A stretch of 64,000 nt of DNA from positions 137,774 through 201,773 of the forward strand of contig CALMKJ010000025.1 in assembly GCA_937867305.1 (NCBI GenBank), given 5' to 3'. Every line of letters begins with the position of its first letter. The first letter of the stretch is position 1. This document shows positions 1 to 9,132 of this stretch, piece by piece. Source of the DNA: an uncultured Ectothiorhodospiraceae bacterium (GTDB lineage Bacteria; Pseudomonadota; Gammaproteobacteria; JAABTG01). Under the pieces are notes generated by a model, which saw only the letters and a list, made by a program, of their open reading frames with translations, was not told where the DNA came from and did not search any database. The position numbers were made by a program, and so were the translations under genes.

Positions 1-666
1 GTCAACCGCGACCGTCTCCTGGAGCAGACCTACTCGGAGTTCCCCGTGTGCACGGGGGGGCTCGAGCACGTGGTGGGTTTCGTCACCGCCAAGGCGCTGC
101 TGCGCAGCCTGCTGGCGGGGGAGGAGGTGGACTTCGCCGCGGTCGCCGCGCCGCCTCTGTTCGTGCCGAAGACGGTGACGCTCATCCAACTGCTCGAGCA
201 ATTCAAGCGCAGCCAGCTGCACACGGCCCTGGTGGTCGACGAGTACGGCGAGATTTCGGGGCTGGTGTCGCTCAGGGACGTCCTCGAGGCGATCGTGGGC
301 GCGTTGCCCTCCGGAGCTGCCGAGGAGGCCCCGGAGGCGGTCGAGCGCGAGGACGGCAGCTGGCTCGTGGACGGGATGATGGACCTGCACGAGTTGAAGC
401 AGCGTTTCGACCTGGATGCGCTGCCCGGGGAGGACTTCCTCAAGGTCCATACCGTCGGCGGCTACGTCATGCTGAGCCTCGGTCGCGTGCCGGCCGCCGC
501 GGAGGTGTTCGAGGCGGCGGGGCTACGGTTCGAGGTGGTGGACATGGACGGGCGCCGGGTGGACAAGGTTCTGGTGAGGCGCATGGCGTATACTGGCGGC
601 GCGACTGCCGAGGCGGTCGCACCCCATGGCGGCTCGCCCGGGTCCCCCCGCAACGATAGGCTGTGA
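1..666 (+). CDS. C-terminal part of a CNNM/TlyC-type hemolysin-family membrane protein (CBS pair + CorC_HlyC domain); 5' end lies outside the window
   Basis: Frame 1 is open from nt 1 (VNRDRLLEQTYSEFPV...). CBS-like 'ALVVDEYGEISGLVSLRDVLEAIVG' and CorC_HlyC-like 'EREDGSWLVDGMMDLHEL...FEVVDMDGRRVDKVLV'. Stop at 664-666. Confidence 0.8.
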   Translation, partial: VNRDRLLEQTYSEFPVCTGGLEHVVGFVTAKALLRSLLAGEEVDFAAVAAPPLFVPKTVTLIQLLEQFKRSQLHTALVVDEYGEISGLVSLRDVLEAIVGALPSGAAEEAPEAVEREDGSWLVDGMMDLHELKQRFDLDALPGEDFLKVHTVGGYVMLSLGRVPAAAEVFEAAGLRFEVVDMDGRRVDKVLVRRMAYTGGATAEAVAPHGGSPGSPRNDRL

Positions 667-739
667 ACCCCGTCAGGCCCGGAAGGGAGCAGCGGCAGCA
701 GCGGATGCGTGTGCCGGGGTGTGGCCGGGGTGAGCCGCC
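628..739 (+). ncRNA. ffs: Signal recognition particle RNA (4.5S / small bacterial SRP RNA)
   Basis: 'GUCAGGCCCGGAAGGGAGCAGC...GCGUGUGCCGGGG' matches E. coli 4.5S domain IV ('GUCAGGUCCGGAAGGAAGCAGC...GCGUGUGCCGGG') with a GGAA tetraloop. Closing helix GGCGGCUC (628-635) pairs with GAGCCGCC (732-739). It sits directly upstream of dnaX, a common position. About 112 nt. Confidence 0.85.
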
Positions 740-763
740 GCTCCCTCGTGTCGGCCCGGAGCG

Positions 764-2293
764 ATGAGTTACCAGGCACTGGCCCGCAAGTGGCGCCCGC
801 GCGTCTTCGAGGACGTGGTCGGTCAGGCTCACGTCGTGACCGCGCTCGCGAACGCGCTCGAGAGCCAGCGCCTGCACCATGCCTTCCTCTTCAGCGGCAC
901 GCGTGGCGTCGGCAAGACGACCATCGCCCGGATCCTGGCCAAGTGCCTGAACTGCGAGCGGGGGGTGACCGCCCACCCGTGCGGCGAGTGTGCGGCGTGC
1001 CGCGAGATCGACGAGGGGCGGTTCGTGGACCTCATCGAGGTGGACGCCGCGTCCAAGACCAAGGTCGAGGACACCCGTGACCTCCTCGAGAACGTCCCCT
1101 ACGCCCCGACGCGGGGGCGCTACAAGGTGTACCTCATCGACGAGGTGCACATGCTCTCGGCCCACAGCTTCAACGCGCTGCTGAAGACCCTCGAGGAGCC
1201 GCCGCCCCACGTCAAGTTCCTGCTCGCGACCACCGATCCCCAGCGTCTGCCCGCGACGGTCCTCTCGCGCTGCCTGCAGTTCAGCCTGAAGCGCCTCGGG
1301 GCGGGCCGGATCGCGGCCCATCTGGGGCGGGTGGCGGCCGCGGAGGGTGTGTCCGCCGAGCCTGCCGCGCTCGAGGCCCTCGGGGCCGCGGCCGACGGGA
1401 GCGTGCGCGACGGCCTCAGCCTTCTCGACCAGGCGATCGCCTTCGGTGGCGGGGTCCTGCGGGAGGACGCGGTCCGGGAGATGCTGGGGACGCTGGACCG
1501 CGGGGCGCTCCTCGCCCTGGCGGAGGCGCTGGCGGCCGGGGACCCCGGAGAGGTCTTGAGAAGGGCGGGGGACCTCGCCGAGGGCGCGCCCGACCTCGAG
1601 GAGGTCCTGGTGCGGCTGGCGGCGTTGCTGCATCAGGTGGCGCTCACGCAGTTGCTCGGCGAGGCCCCACCGGGGGGCGAAGACCCCGCCCGGGTGGCGG
1701 CCCTGGCGGGCGCGCTGGCCCCCGGAGACGTGCAGCTCTGGTATCAGTTCGCGCTGCTCGGGCGCCGGGACCTGCCTCTGGCGCCGGACCCGAAGACGGC
1801 GCTCGAGATGACCGTCCTGCGAATGCTGGCGTTCCGGCCGGCGGGATCGCCGCAGGCTGCGCGGGCGCCGCTTCCCCCACCCGGCGGCGACGCGCCCCTG
1901 GACTGGCCGGCCACGGTCGCCGCGCTGCCGCTCCAGGGCATGGCCCGGGAACTCGCCATGAACAGCGTCCTGCTGGGGTGGGAGGCGGACCGGCTGCGCC
2001 TGCGCGTGGACGCGGCGCACGCCCAGATGCGCGGAGCGGCGCGCGAGGGTCAGTTGGAGCGGGCGCTTTCCGTTCATCTGGGGAGGGCCGTGCGGTTGTC
2101 CATTGAGGTCGGCCCGCTCGATGGGGCGGAGAGTCCGACGCAGCGGGTGAGGCGGGAGCTTGCCGAGCGGCGCGGAGTGGCCGCCAGGGCCCTCGACCAG
2201 GACCCCACGGTGCAGCACTTGCGCGCAGTGTTCTCTGCGGCCGTGGTCGAGGAATCGGTGCGGGCCGGCGGTGAGAACGACGTTGAAACGTGA
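764..2293 (+). CDS. dnaX: DNA polymerase III subunit gamma/tau
   Basis: MSYQALARKWRPRVFEDVVGQ..., Walker A 'GTRGVGKTT', Zn module 'CLNCERGVTAHPCGECAACREI', 'VYLIDEVHMLS'. Conserved dnaX-ybaB-recR order. Confidence 0.95.
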   Translation: MSYQALARKWRPRVFEDVVGQAHVVTALANALESQRLHHAFLFSGTRGVGKTTIARILAKCLNCERGVTAHPCGECAACREIDEGRFVDLIEVDAASKTKVEDTRDLLENVPYAPTRGRYKVYLIDEVHMLSAHSFNALLKTLEEPPPHVKFLLATTDPQRLPATVLSRCLQFSLKRLGAGRIAAHLGRVAAAEGVSAEPAALEALGAAADGSVRDGLSLLDQAIAFGGGVLREDAVREMLGTLDRGALLALAEALAAGDPGEVLRRAGDLAEGAPDLEEVLVRLAALLHQVALTQLLGEAPPGGEDPARVAALAGALAPGDVQLWYQFALLGRRDLPLAPDPKTALEMTVLRMLAFRPAGSPQAARAPLPPPGGDAPLDWPATVAALPLQGMARELAMNSVLLGWEADRLRLRVDAAHAQMRGAAREGQLERALSVHLGRAVRLSIEVGPLDGAESPTQRVRRELAERRGVAARALDQDPTVQHLRAVFSAAVVEESVRAGGENDVET

Positions 2294-2335
2294 GGCGCGG
2301 GCGGGTGACCGGCCGCAGCGAGAGGAGCGGACGCG

Positions 2336-2659
2336 ATGAAGGGTGGCTTGGGCAACATCATGAAGCAGGCGCAGCAACTCCAGGCCAATCTGCAGAAGGC
2401 CCAGGACGAGCTCGCCTCCCTCGAGATCACCGGCGAGTCCGGGGCGGGGTTGGTGCGGGTGGTCATGAACGGGCGCCACGACGTGCGGCGCGTCAGCATT
2501 GACCCGAGTCTCCTCGCCGAGGACCGGGAGATGCTCGAAGACCTGGTGGCCGCGGCGGTGAACGACGCGGTCCGCAAGGTCGAGCGGACGACCCAGGAGC
2601 GGATGGCGGGGCTCACGAGCGGTCTCGGCCTGCCCCCGGGCATGAAGCTCCCCTTCTGA
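2336..2659 (+). CDS. ybaB: YbaB/EbfC-family nucleoid-associated protein
   Basis: 107 aa, '[26 protein letters not shown]...'. Position between dnaX and recR. Confidence 0.95.
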   Translation: MKGGLGNIMKQAQQLQANLQKAQDELASLEITGESGAGLVRVVMNGRHDVRRVSIDPSLLAEDREMLEDLVAAAVNDAVRKVERTTQERMAGLTSGLGLPPGMKLPF

Positions 2660-2673
2660 GGTCCCACGGCCCC

Positions 2674-3276
2674 ATGGCCGGCACCGGCAGCCGGTTGCTG
2701 GACCAGTTGATGGACGCCCTGCGTTGTCTGCCGGGCGTCGGTCCGCGGTCGGCGCAGCGCATCGCCTACCACCTCCTGCAGCGCGACCGGGAGGGGGGGC
2801 GGAGGCTTGCCCGGGCCCTGGACGACGCCATGGCTCGGATCGGCCACTGCCGCCGCTGCCGGACCTACACCGAGGGTGAGCTCTGCGCGACCTGCGCGAG
2901 CCCGCACCGCGACCCGGCCCTGCTCTGCGTGGTCGAGAGCCCGGCCGACGTGGGCGCGCTGGAGCAGGCGACCGACTACCGAGGTCAATACTTCGTCCTG
3001 CTCGGCCACCTCTCGCCCATCGACGGAGTGGGTCCCGTCGACCTGGGTCTCGACGTCCTCGATGGCCGCCTGGCGCAAGGGGGGGTGCGCGAGCTGGTCC
3101 TGGCCACCAACCCCACCGTCGAGGGCGAGGCAACCGCCCACTACATCGCGGAGTTGGCGCGCGAGCACGGGGTGCGGGCGACGCGTATCGCTCACGGCGT
3201 GCCCGTCGGGGGCGAGCTCGAGTTCGTCGACAGCGGGACCCTTGCGCACGCCTTCCTCGGGCGCCGGGAGGTCTGA
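2674..3276 (+). CDS. recR: Recombination protein RecR
   Basis: HhH '[17 protein letters not shown]', C4 zinc finger '[16 protein letters not shown]', Toprim '[10 protein letters not shown]'. Confidence 0.95.
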   Translation: MAGTGSRLLDQLMDALRCLPGVGPRSAQRIAYHLLQRDREGGRRLARALDDAMARIGHCRRCRTYTEGELCATCASPHRDPALLCVVESPADVGALEQATDYRGQYFVLLGHLSPIDGVGPVDLGLDVLDGRLAQGGVRELVLATNPTVEGEATAHYIAELAREHGVRATRIAHGVPVGGELEFVDSGTLAHAFLGRREV

Positions 3277-3397
3277 CCCGGGGACCGGCCCATGCCACCC
3301 GGGTGCGCCGCGGGCAGGGCCCGGCCGGGGAGCTCGGGCCGGTCGGTGGGATATCTGCTAACATCTTGACTGCGAAGGCATTGTTCGGGGAGGCACG

Positions 3398-3946
3398 ATG
3401 ACGAGGGACGTGGGTGACCTGGTCTGGATCGACCTCGAGATGACCGGGCTCGACCCCGTGCGGGACCGGATCATCGAGGTGGCCACGGTGGTAACCGACG
3501 TCGCGCTCCGCGTCATCGCCGAGGGCCCCGTGCTGGCCGTGTACCAGCCGGAGGACGTGCTTTCGGCGATGGACGAGTGGAACGTCCAGCAGCACGGGCG
3601 GTCGGGCCTGCTCGAGCGCGTCCGGCGGAGCTCCCTGCGCGAGGCCGACGCCGAGCGCCTGACGATCGACTTCCTCTCGGCCCACGTGCCCCCCGGCCGC
3701 TCGCCCATGTGCGGCAACAGCGTGTGTCAGGACCGCCGGTTCCTCGCCCGCTGGATGCCGGCGCTCGAGCGCCACTTCCACTATCGGGCGGTGGACGTCA
3801 GCACGCTGAAGGAGCTGGCCCTGCGCTGGCGTCCGGAGCTCGCCGCCGCACTGACGAAGCAATCGAGCCACCGGGCCGCCGACGATATCCGTGAGTCGAT
3901 CCGGGAGCTTGCCTTTTACCGGGACCACTTCCTGCGCCTGAGCTGA
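3398..3946 (+). CDS. orn: Oligoribonuclease
   Basis: DEDDh exonuclease motifs '[12 protein letters not shown]' and '[11 protein letters not shown]'; 182 aa. Confidence 0.93.
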   Translation: MTRDVGDLVWIDLEMTGLDPVRDRIIEVATVVTDVALRVIAEGPVLAVYQPEDVLSAMDEWNVQQHGRSGLLERVRRSSLREADAERLTIDFLSAHVPPGRSPMCGNSVCQDRRFLARWMPALERHFHYRAVDVSTLKELALRWRPELAAALTKQSSHRAADDIRESIRELAFYRDHFLRLS

Positions 3947-3949
3947 GCG

Positions 3950-5485
3950 ATGGGCGGCCCATTCTCCCCCGACCCGACCGCCCGCCTGCCCTCGGGCCTG
4001 TACCGGGCGGCGCAGGTGAGGGGATTCGACCGCGCGGCCATCGAGGGATTCGGGATCCCGGGCGCCACCCTGATGGCGCGGGCCGGGGAAGCGGCATTCC
4101 GCGCCCTGCGGGCACGCTGGCCGGAGGCGCGGGCGCTGGCAGTCGTCTGCGGCGCGGGCAACAACGGGGGGGATGGGTACGTCGTGGCCCGGCTCGCCCA
4201 CGAGGCCGGTCTGGCGGCGCGCGCGGTGGCGGTCTCGGACCCTCTCAGGCTCCGCGGGGATGCCGCCGGGGCGGCGGAGGCGGCCCGGGCGGCCGGGGTC
4301 CCGTTGGAGCCGTTTCGACCCGAGGGGCTTCGCGGTGCCGACGTCCTGGTCGACGCCCTCTTCGGAACGGGTCTCGACCGCCCCCTGGAAGGGGAGTGGG
4401 CCGCCGCCGTGCAGGCGGTCCGGTCGGTCGGCCGGCCGGTGCTGGCCCTCGACATCCCCTCGGGGCTCCACGCGGACACGGGGCAGGTGCTCGGTGCGGC
4501 GGTGCGAGCCTCGGTCACGGTCACGTTTCTCGGTCTCAAGCCGGGGCTCTTCACCGGTGCGGGTCCGGCCTGCTGTGGACGGGTGCTGTTCCACGACCTC
4601 GGGGTACCTCGTGCGGTCCTCGAGGGAGAGGAGCCCGCGGCCCTGCGCCTCGACGGCGAGGCCCTGAGGCGGGTCTGGCTGGCGCCCAGGCGCCGCGACG
4701 CCCACAAGGGCCGTTTCGGCCACGTCCTCGTCATCGGTGGCGATCACGGGTACGGTGGGGCCGCAAGGTTGGCGGGCGAGGCGGCGGCGCGCTGCGGGGC
4801 TGGTCTCGTGACCGTGGCCACGCGCCCCGAGCACGTGGGGGCGATGATCGCCGCACGGCCCGAGTTGATGGCCCGGGGGGTCGAGCGGGCCTCGGACCTG
4901 GCGCCGCTGCTCGCGCGGGCCACGGTCGTGGCCCTGGGACCGGGTCTCGGTCAGGGTCGCTGGGGCCGGGAGCTGGCGGACGCCGCACTGGGGTGTGGAC
5001 TGCCTCAGGTGGTAGACGCCGACGCCCTCACCTTCGTGCCGCAGGGGTTGGCCGGGGAGCCCCCCCGCGTTCTGACGCCGCATCCCGGCGAGGCCGCCCG
5101 TATGCTCGGCATTTCGACCGCGCAGGTGCAGGACGATCGGCTCCTGGCGGCGGCGAGCCTGCGGGAGCGCTTCGGCGCGGTCGTGGTGCTGAAGGGCAAC
5201 GGAACCGTGGTCGACGACCGGCAGGGTCCGCCGGCGATCTGCTCGCAGGGAAACCCCGGCATGGCGACCGGCGGCATGGGAGACCTCCTGACCGGTGTCG
5301 TGGCCGCGCTCCTGGCGCAGGGCGTCCCACCGGGCGCGGCCGCGCGTCTCGGGGTGTGGCTGCACGCCGAGGCCGCGGACGCGGCGGCGCGCGGGGGCGA
5401 GCGCGGTCTTCTCCCGGGTGACCTCTTCGGCCACCTGACGAGTCTGGTGAACCCGCGCCTCCCGGGGCCCCCCGGTGGGCCCTGA
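3950..5485 (+). CDS. nnr: Bifunctional NAD(P)H-hydrate repair enzyme (epimerase / ADP-dependent dehydratase, YjeF)
   Basis: YjeF_N 'CGAGNNGGDGYVVARL'. C-terminal carbohydrate-kinase part 'KGRFGHVLVIGGDHGYGGAARLAG' and 'GMATGGMGDLLTG'. Confidence 0.9.
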   Translation: MGGPFSPDPTARLPSGLYRAAQVRGFDRAAIEGFGIPGATLMARAGEAAFRALRARWPEARALAVVCGAGNNGGDGYVVARLAHEAGLAARAVAVSDPLRLRGDAAGAAEAARAAGVPLEPFRPEGLRGADVLVDALFGTGLDRPLEGEWAAAVQAVRSVGRPVLALDIPSGLHADTGQVLGAAVRASVTVTFLGLKPGLFTGAGPACCGRVLFHDLGVPRAVLEGEEPAALRLDGEALRRVWLAPRRRDAHKGRFGHVLVIGGDHGYGGAARLAGEAAARCGAGLVTVATRPEHVGAMIAARPELMARGVERASDLAPLLARATVVALGPGLGQGRWGRELADAALGCGLPQVVDADALTFVPQGLAGEPPRVLTPHPGEAARMLGISTAQVQDDRLLAAASLRERFGAVVVLKGNGTVVDDRQGPPAICSQGNPGMATGGMGDLLTGVVAALLAQGVPPGAAARLGVWLHAEAADAAARGGERGLLPGDLFGHLTSLVNPRLPGPPGGP

Positions 5486-6002
5486 AGACGCCTCCCCATC
5501 ACCGGGGCAGGCCCCGGCGGCCGCGGGGGAGGCCTCGGGCGCGCGGATCGAGCACGCCCCCGACGAGCAGGCCATGACGGCGCTCGGCGAGCGGTTGGGG
5601 CGTGCCTGCTCGGGCGGGGCGATCATCTACCTGACCGGCGACCTCGGGACCGGCAAGACCACCCTGGTGCGAGGGGTGTTGCGGGGGCTCGGGCACCGGG
5701 GGCCGGTGCGCAGCCCCACCTTCACGCTGGTGGAGCCTTACGCCGTGGGCCCGGTTCCCGTGTACCACCTCGACCTCTACCGGCTCGGCGACCCGGAAGA
5801 ACTGGAATACCTCGGTCTGCGCGACTACCTGGAGCCGGGGGTCGTCTGGCTGGTGGAGTGGCCGGAGCGGGGGGTGGGGCATCTTCCCCGGCCGGACTTG
5901 CGGGTCACCATCGAGTACCGGGGCACGGGGCGCCGGCTGGAACTGACGGCGGAGACCGCCACTGGTCGGCGGCTCCTTGATCAAATCTCGATGCAGGCTT
6001 AG
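5475..6002 (+). CDS. tsaE: tRNA t6A37 biosynthesis ATPase TsaE (YjeE)
   Basis: 'GDLGTGKTTLVRGVLRGLG', 'SPTFTLVEPY', 'HLDLYRL'. The only upstream in-frame start is GTG 5475, overlapping nnr by 11 nt. The ATG at 5574 would remove conserved N-terminal residues. Confidence 0.85.
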   Translation: MGPEDASPSPGQAPAAAGEASGARIEHAPDEQAMTALGERLGRACSGGAIIYLTGDLGTGKTTLVRGVLRGLGHRGPVRSPTFTLVEPYAVGPVPVYHLDLYRLGDPEELEYLGLRDYLEPGVVWLVEWPERGVGHLPRPDLRVTIEYRGTGRRLELTAETATGRRLLDQISMQA

Positions 6003-6046
6003 ATTTAACTGGCATCCATTTAATAATTGAACGGAAAGCATCTGGG

Positions 6047-7375
6047 ATGGGGCTGCGGGAACGGGTTCGGCGGCTGGCCTGGGGGCTGGGACTCCTGGTC
6101 CTCGCGGCCTCTGCCGGAGGCGCTTGGGGCGCCCCGGCAGAGGTGCGGGTGGGGGGGCTCCGCGTCCAGGAGTCGGCCGAGCGGGTCCGGGTCACCGTGG
6201 AGCTGTCCGGTCCCGTGGACCATCAGGTCTTCAACCTGAAGTCCCCCGACCGGGTCGTGGTCGACCTGCGCAACGCCCAGACCTCGCGACGTCTGGACTC
6301 GCCGCCGGAGGGCCGCATCCTCTCCGGCGTCCGCTCCGCCGAGCGCGGCAACGGGGACCTGCGTCTGGTGCTCGACCTCAAGGAGCCGGCGCGGGCCCGA
6401 ACCTTCCTGCTGCGCCCCGAGGGTTCCGCCGGGCATCGCCTGGCCGTGGAGCTCGAGCCCCTGCAGGCCCCCGCCCGGGCCTCCTTTCCCCCTGTCCGGC
6501 CCGCCGAGCCCCCGCCGCGCAACGTGGTCGTCGTCATCGACGCGGGGCACGGTGGCGTGGACCCCGGCGCCATCGGACCGACGGGCGTCCAGGAGAAACG
6601 GGTCGTCCTCGGGATTGCCCGGGAGCTGCAGCAGCTCGTGCGCCAGGAGCGCGGGATGCGGGCGGTCATGACGCGGACCCGGGACGTGTTCCTGCCCTTG
6701 CGGACCCGGGTGGCGATGGCCCGCAGGCACAAGGCCGACCTGTTCGTATCCATCCACGCCGACGCCTACGAAGACCGCAAGGTGAGCGGGTCCTCGGTCT
6801 ACGCCCTCTCTCCGCGGGGGGCGACCAACGAGGCGGCCCGCTGGCTGGCGGAGCGCGAGAACGCCGCGGACCTGGTCGGTGGGGTGAAGCTCGACGACAA
6901 GGACGACCTGTTGGCGTCGGTGCTGCTCGACCTGTCCCAGACCGGCACCATCGAGGCGAGCCTGAACGTCGGCGACCGGGTCCTCCGCGAGCTCCGCGGG
7001 GTCGGGGAGTTGCACCGTACTTCGGTCCTGCAGGCGGGCTTCATGGTCCTGAAGTCGCCCGACGTCCCCTCGATCCTGGTGGAGACCGCCTTCATCTCGA
7101 ACCCTGACGACGAGCGGCGTCTGACCAATGCCCGCCACCAGAAGTCCGTCGCCCGGGCGATCCTCGCGGGGATACGGCGTTACTTCGACGATTACGCGCC
7201 CCCGGGCACCTTGCTCGCGGCCCGGCGGCACGTGATCGGGCAGGGCGAAAGCCTGGCCGCCGTGGCCGCGCGTTATCAGGTGACTCCGGATGCCCTGCGC
7301 GCCGCGAACGGGCTGCGCAGCGAGTCCCTGCCGGTGGGAAGGGTGCTCAGGATCCCGGCCGACCGCGGCTCCTGA
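6047..7375 (+). CDS. amiB: N-acetylmuramoyl-L-alanine amidase with C-terminal LysM domain
   Basis: Signal peptide. Amidase_3 motifs 'VVVIDAGHGGVDPGAIG', 'DLFVSIHADA', 'VLVETAFISNPDDE'. LysM 'HVIGQGESLAAVAARYQVTPDALRAANGL'. nnr-tsaE-amiB order as in E. coli. Confidence 0.88.
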   Translation: MGLRERVRRLAWGLGLLVLAASAGGAWGAPAEVRVGGLRVQESAERVRVTVELSGPVDHQVFNLKSPDRVVVDLRNAQTSRRLDSPPEGRILSGVRSAERGNGDLRLVLDLKEPARARTFLLRPEGSAGHRLAVELEPLQAPARASFPPVRPAEPPPRNVVVVIDAGHGGVDPGAIGPTGVQEKRVVLGIARELQQLVRQERGMRAVMTRTRDVFLPLRTRVAMARRHKADLFVSIHADAYEDRKVSGSSVYALSPRGATNEAARWLAERENAADLVGGVKLDDKDDLLASVLLDLSQTGTIEASLNVGDRVLRELRGVGELHRTSVLQAGFMVLKSPDVPSILVETAFISNPDDERRLTNARHQKSVARAILAGIRRYFDDYAPPGTLLAARRHVIGQGESLAAVAARYQVTPDALRAANGLRSESLPVGRVLRIPADRGS

Positions 7376-8002
7376 TCAGAGCAGCTCCCTCGCCGCCCTC
7401 AGGATGCGCTGCCGTCCGAGGAGCAAGCCGAGGCGAGACCCTCCGCATTGCCTCCAGAGCACCGCGGCCCGGACTCCGGCGAGCAGCAGCGCACGGATCC
7501 GGCTCGCATTCTCCGGGCGCGCGAGAAGGGTCGGTTCCCCGTGGACCATGATCCTCGGGCCAAGCGTGGCGATCGTCGCCAGATAGATCTGGGCCAGCCG
7601 CTCGATCGTCTCGGACGCCCCCGGGGCGGGGGCACCGGGACCGGCACGCAGGGCCTCCAGTCCTTCTCGAATCCGGCGCAGCAGGTCCTGGCGGCGGGAC
7701 AGCTTGCGCTCCAGGTGCAGGATCCCGATGACGTAACGGGTGAGTTCCAGATTGCGGGCGCCGGTTCCCGGGGACAACTGCTGGAGCAGTGTCGTGAGCC
7801 CCTCGGCGACCCCCGCCGTGCCGCCGAATACGGCCTCCACGGATGCGGCGTCGAGCTCGAGGACGCTCGCCAGGCTGGCCTCGAGGGGGCCCCTGGGTGC
7901 GTCTCCGTGACGCGCGACGCGGGTCACCAGGTAGGCGGCCTGGAAGACGCCGGCGAGCGCGGCGGCGCGCTCCCGGTCGGTGTGGCGGTGCGTGCGGCTC
8001 AT
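7376..8002 (-). CDS. hflD: High-frequency-of-lysogenization protein HflD
   Basis: 'ALAGVFQAAYLVTRVARHG...LELTRYVIGILHLERKL'. Start set at internal ATG 8002 (MSRTHRH...), which overlaps the mnmA stop by 4 nt. The longer ORF start at 8113 lies inside mnmA. Confidence 0.8.
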   Translation of the reverse strand: MSRTHRHTDRERAAALAGVFQAAYLVTRVARHGDAPRGPLEASLASVLELDAASVEAVFGGTAGVAEGLTTLLQQLSPGTGARNLELTRYVIGILHLERKLSRRQDLLRRIREGLEALRAGPGAPAPGASETIERLAQIYLATIATLGPRIMVHGEPTLLARPENASRIRALLLAGVRAAVLWRQCGGSRLGLLLGRQRILRAARELL

Positions 8003-9132
8003 CCGGATCCCCTGGCCTCGATGCCGGCGGGGTCGGACGGCTCGATGACGCCGCCGCCGAGGCATTCGTCGCCGTCGTAGAAGACGACGGACTGACCGGG
8101 TGTGGCGGCCCACTGGGGGCGGGCGAACTCCACCCGGCAGCGGTCTTCAGAGAGGGGGGTCGCGCGGCAGGGCTGGTCCTTCTGCCGGTACCGGATGCGC
8201 GCGGTACAGTCGAGCCGACCCGCCGGCGCGCTCCCTGCTACCCAGTGAATCTCCCGCAGGGTGAGGACCTTGCTCAGCAGAGCCGGGTGCTCGTGGTCCT
8301 GGGCGACCACGAGCACGTTGCGCCCCAGGTCTTTGGCGAGCACGAACCAGGGCGCCGCCCGGGCGCCCCGGCGGCCACCGATGCCCAGCCCGCGCCGCTG
8401 CCCGAGGGTGTAGAAGGCGAGCCCCTCGTGGTGCCCGACGACTTCTCCCTCCAGGGTGCGGATCTCACCCGGGCTCAGCGGCAGGAATCGCGCCAGGAAG
8501 GGGCGGAAGCGCCGCTCACCGATGAAGCAGATCCCGGTACTGCCCTTGCGCGCGTGGTTGGGCAGCCCGGCCTCGGCCGCCAGCCGGCGCACCTCCGGCT
8601 TGGTCAGGTGTCCCACGGGGAACTCGACCCGCCCCAGCACGCCCTGGCCGAGGGTGTAGAGAAAGTACGACTGGTCCTTTTCGGGGTCCGCGCCCCGCAG
8701 GAGCCGGAACCGCCCCCCTGCGTGCTCGACCCGGGCGTAGTGGCCGGTCGCGATGCGGTCGGCGCCGCGGTTCAGGGCGTGCTCGAGGAAGGCGTGGAAT
8801 TTGATCTCCTGATTGCAGAGCACGTCCGGATTGGGCGTGAGCCCGGCCCGGTGGTCCGCGAGGAAACGCTCGAAAACCCGGTCCCAGTAGGCGTCGGAGA
8901 AATTGACCGCTTCCAGCGCCACCCCCAGACGTTCGCATACGGCCTGCGCGTCCGCCAGGTCCTGGGCCGCGGCGCAGTACCCCTCGCGGTCGTCCGCCTC
9001 CCAGTTCTTCATGAACACGGCAGAAACGCGGGCGCCCCGGCGCTGGAGGAGGAGGGCGGAGACCGCCGAGTCGACCCCGCCGGACAGGCCGACAGTGACC
9101 GCAGGCTCGGTGGGTCGGGGGGAAGGGCTCAT
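7999..9132 (-). CDS. mnmA: tRNA 2-thiouridine(34) synthase
   Basis: PP-loop 'VGLSGGVDSAVSALLL', 'STGICFIGERRFRPFL'. mnmA-hflD adjacency is conserved. Confidence 0.95.
   Translation of the reverse strand: MSPSPRPTEPAVTVGLSGGVDSAVSALLLQRRGARVSAVFMKNWEADDREGYCAAAQDLADAQAVCERLGVALEAVNFSDAYWDRVFERFLADHRAGLTPNPDVLCNQEIKFHAFLEHALNRGADRIATGHYARVEHAGGRFRLLRGADPEKDQSYFLYTLGQGVLGRVEFPVGHLTKPEVRRLAAEAGLPNHARKGSTGICFIGERRFRPFLARFLPLSPGEIRTLEGEVVGHHEGLAFYTLGQRRGLGIGGRRGARAAPWFVLAKDLGRNVLVVAQDHEHPALLSKVLTLREIHWVAGSAPAGRLDCTARIRYRQKDQPCRATPLSEDRCRVEFARPQWAATPGQSVVFYDGDECLGGGVIEPSDPAGIEARGSG

Noticed and set aside
764-2293. Looked for a programmed -1 frameshift site (A AAA AAG-type) in dnaX for gamma-subunit production
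   Set aside because: No slippery heptamer of that type is visible in the gene, so nothing can be claimed.
467-5626. 1,719-aa ORF on the minus strand spanning dnaX, ybaB, recR, orn and nnr
   Set aside because: It is codon-aligned antisense to the sense frames of dnaX, ybaB, orn and nnr. Antisense stops would need the sense codons TTA, CTA or TCA, which are rare at this GC content. The translation is Arg/Pro/Gly/Ala low-complexity with no recognisable domain. This is a classic GC-driven shadow ORF.
7373-7378. Convergent genes sharing palindromic stop sequences: TGATCA for amiB/hflD here, and CTAG at 25670-25673 for the DUF465 gene and metA
   Set aside because: This is a trivial consequence of tight convergent packing. 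No hairpin or other signal is associated with either site.
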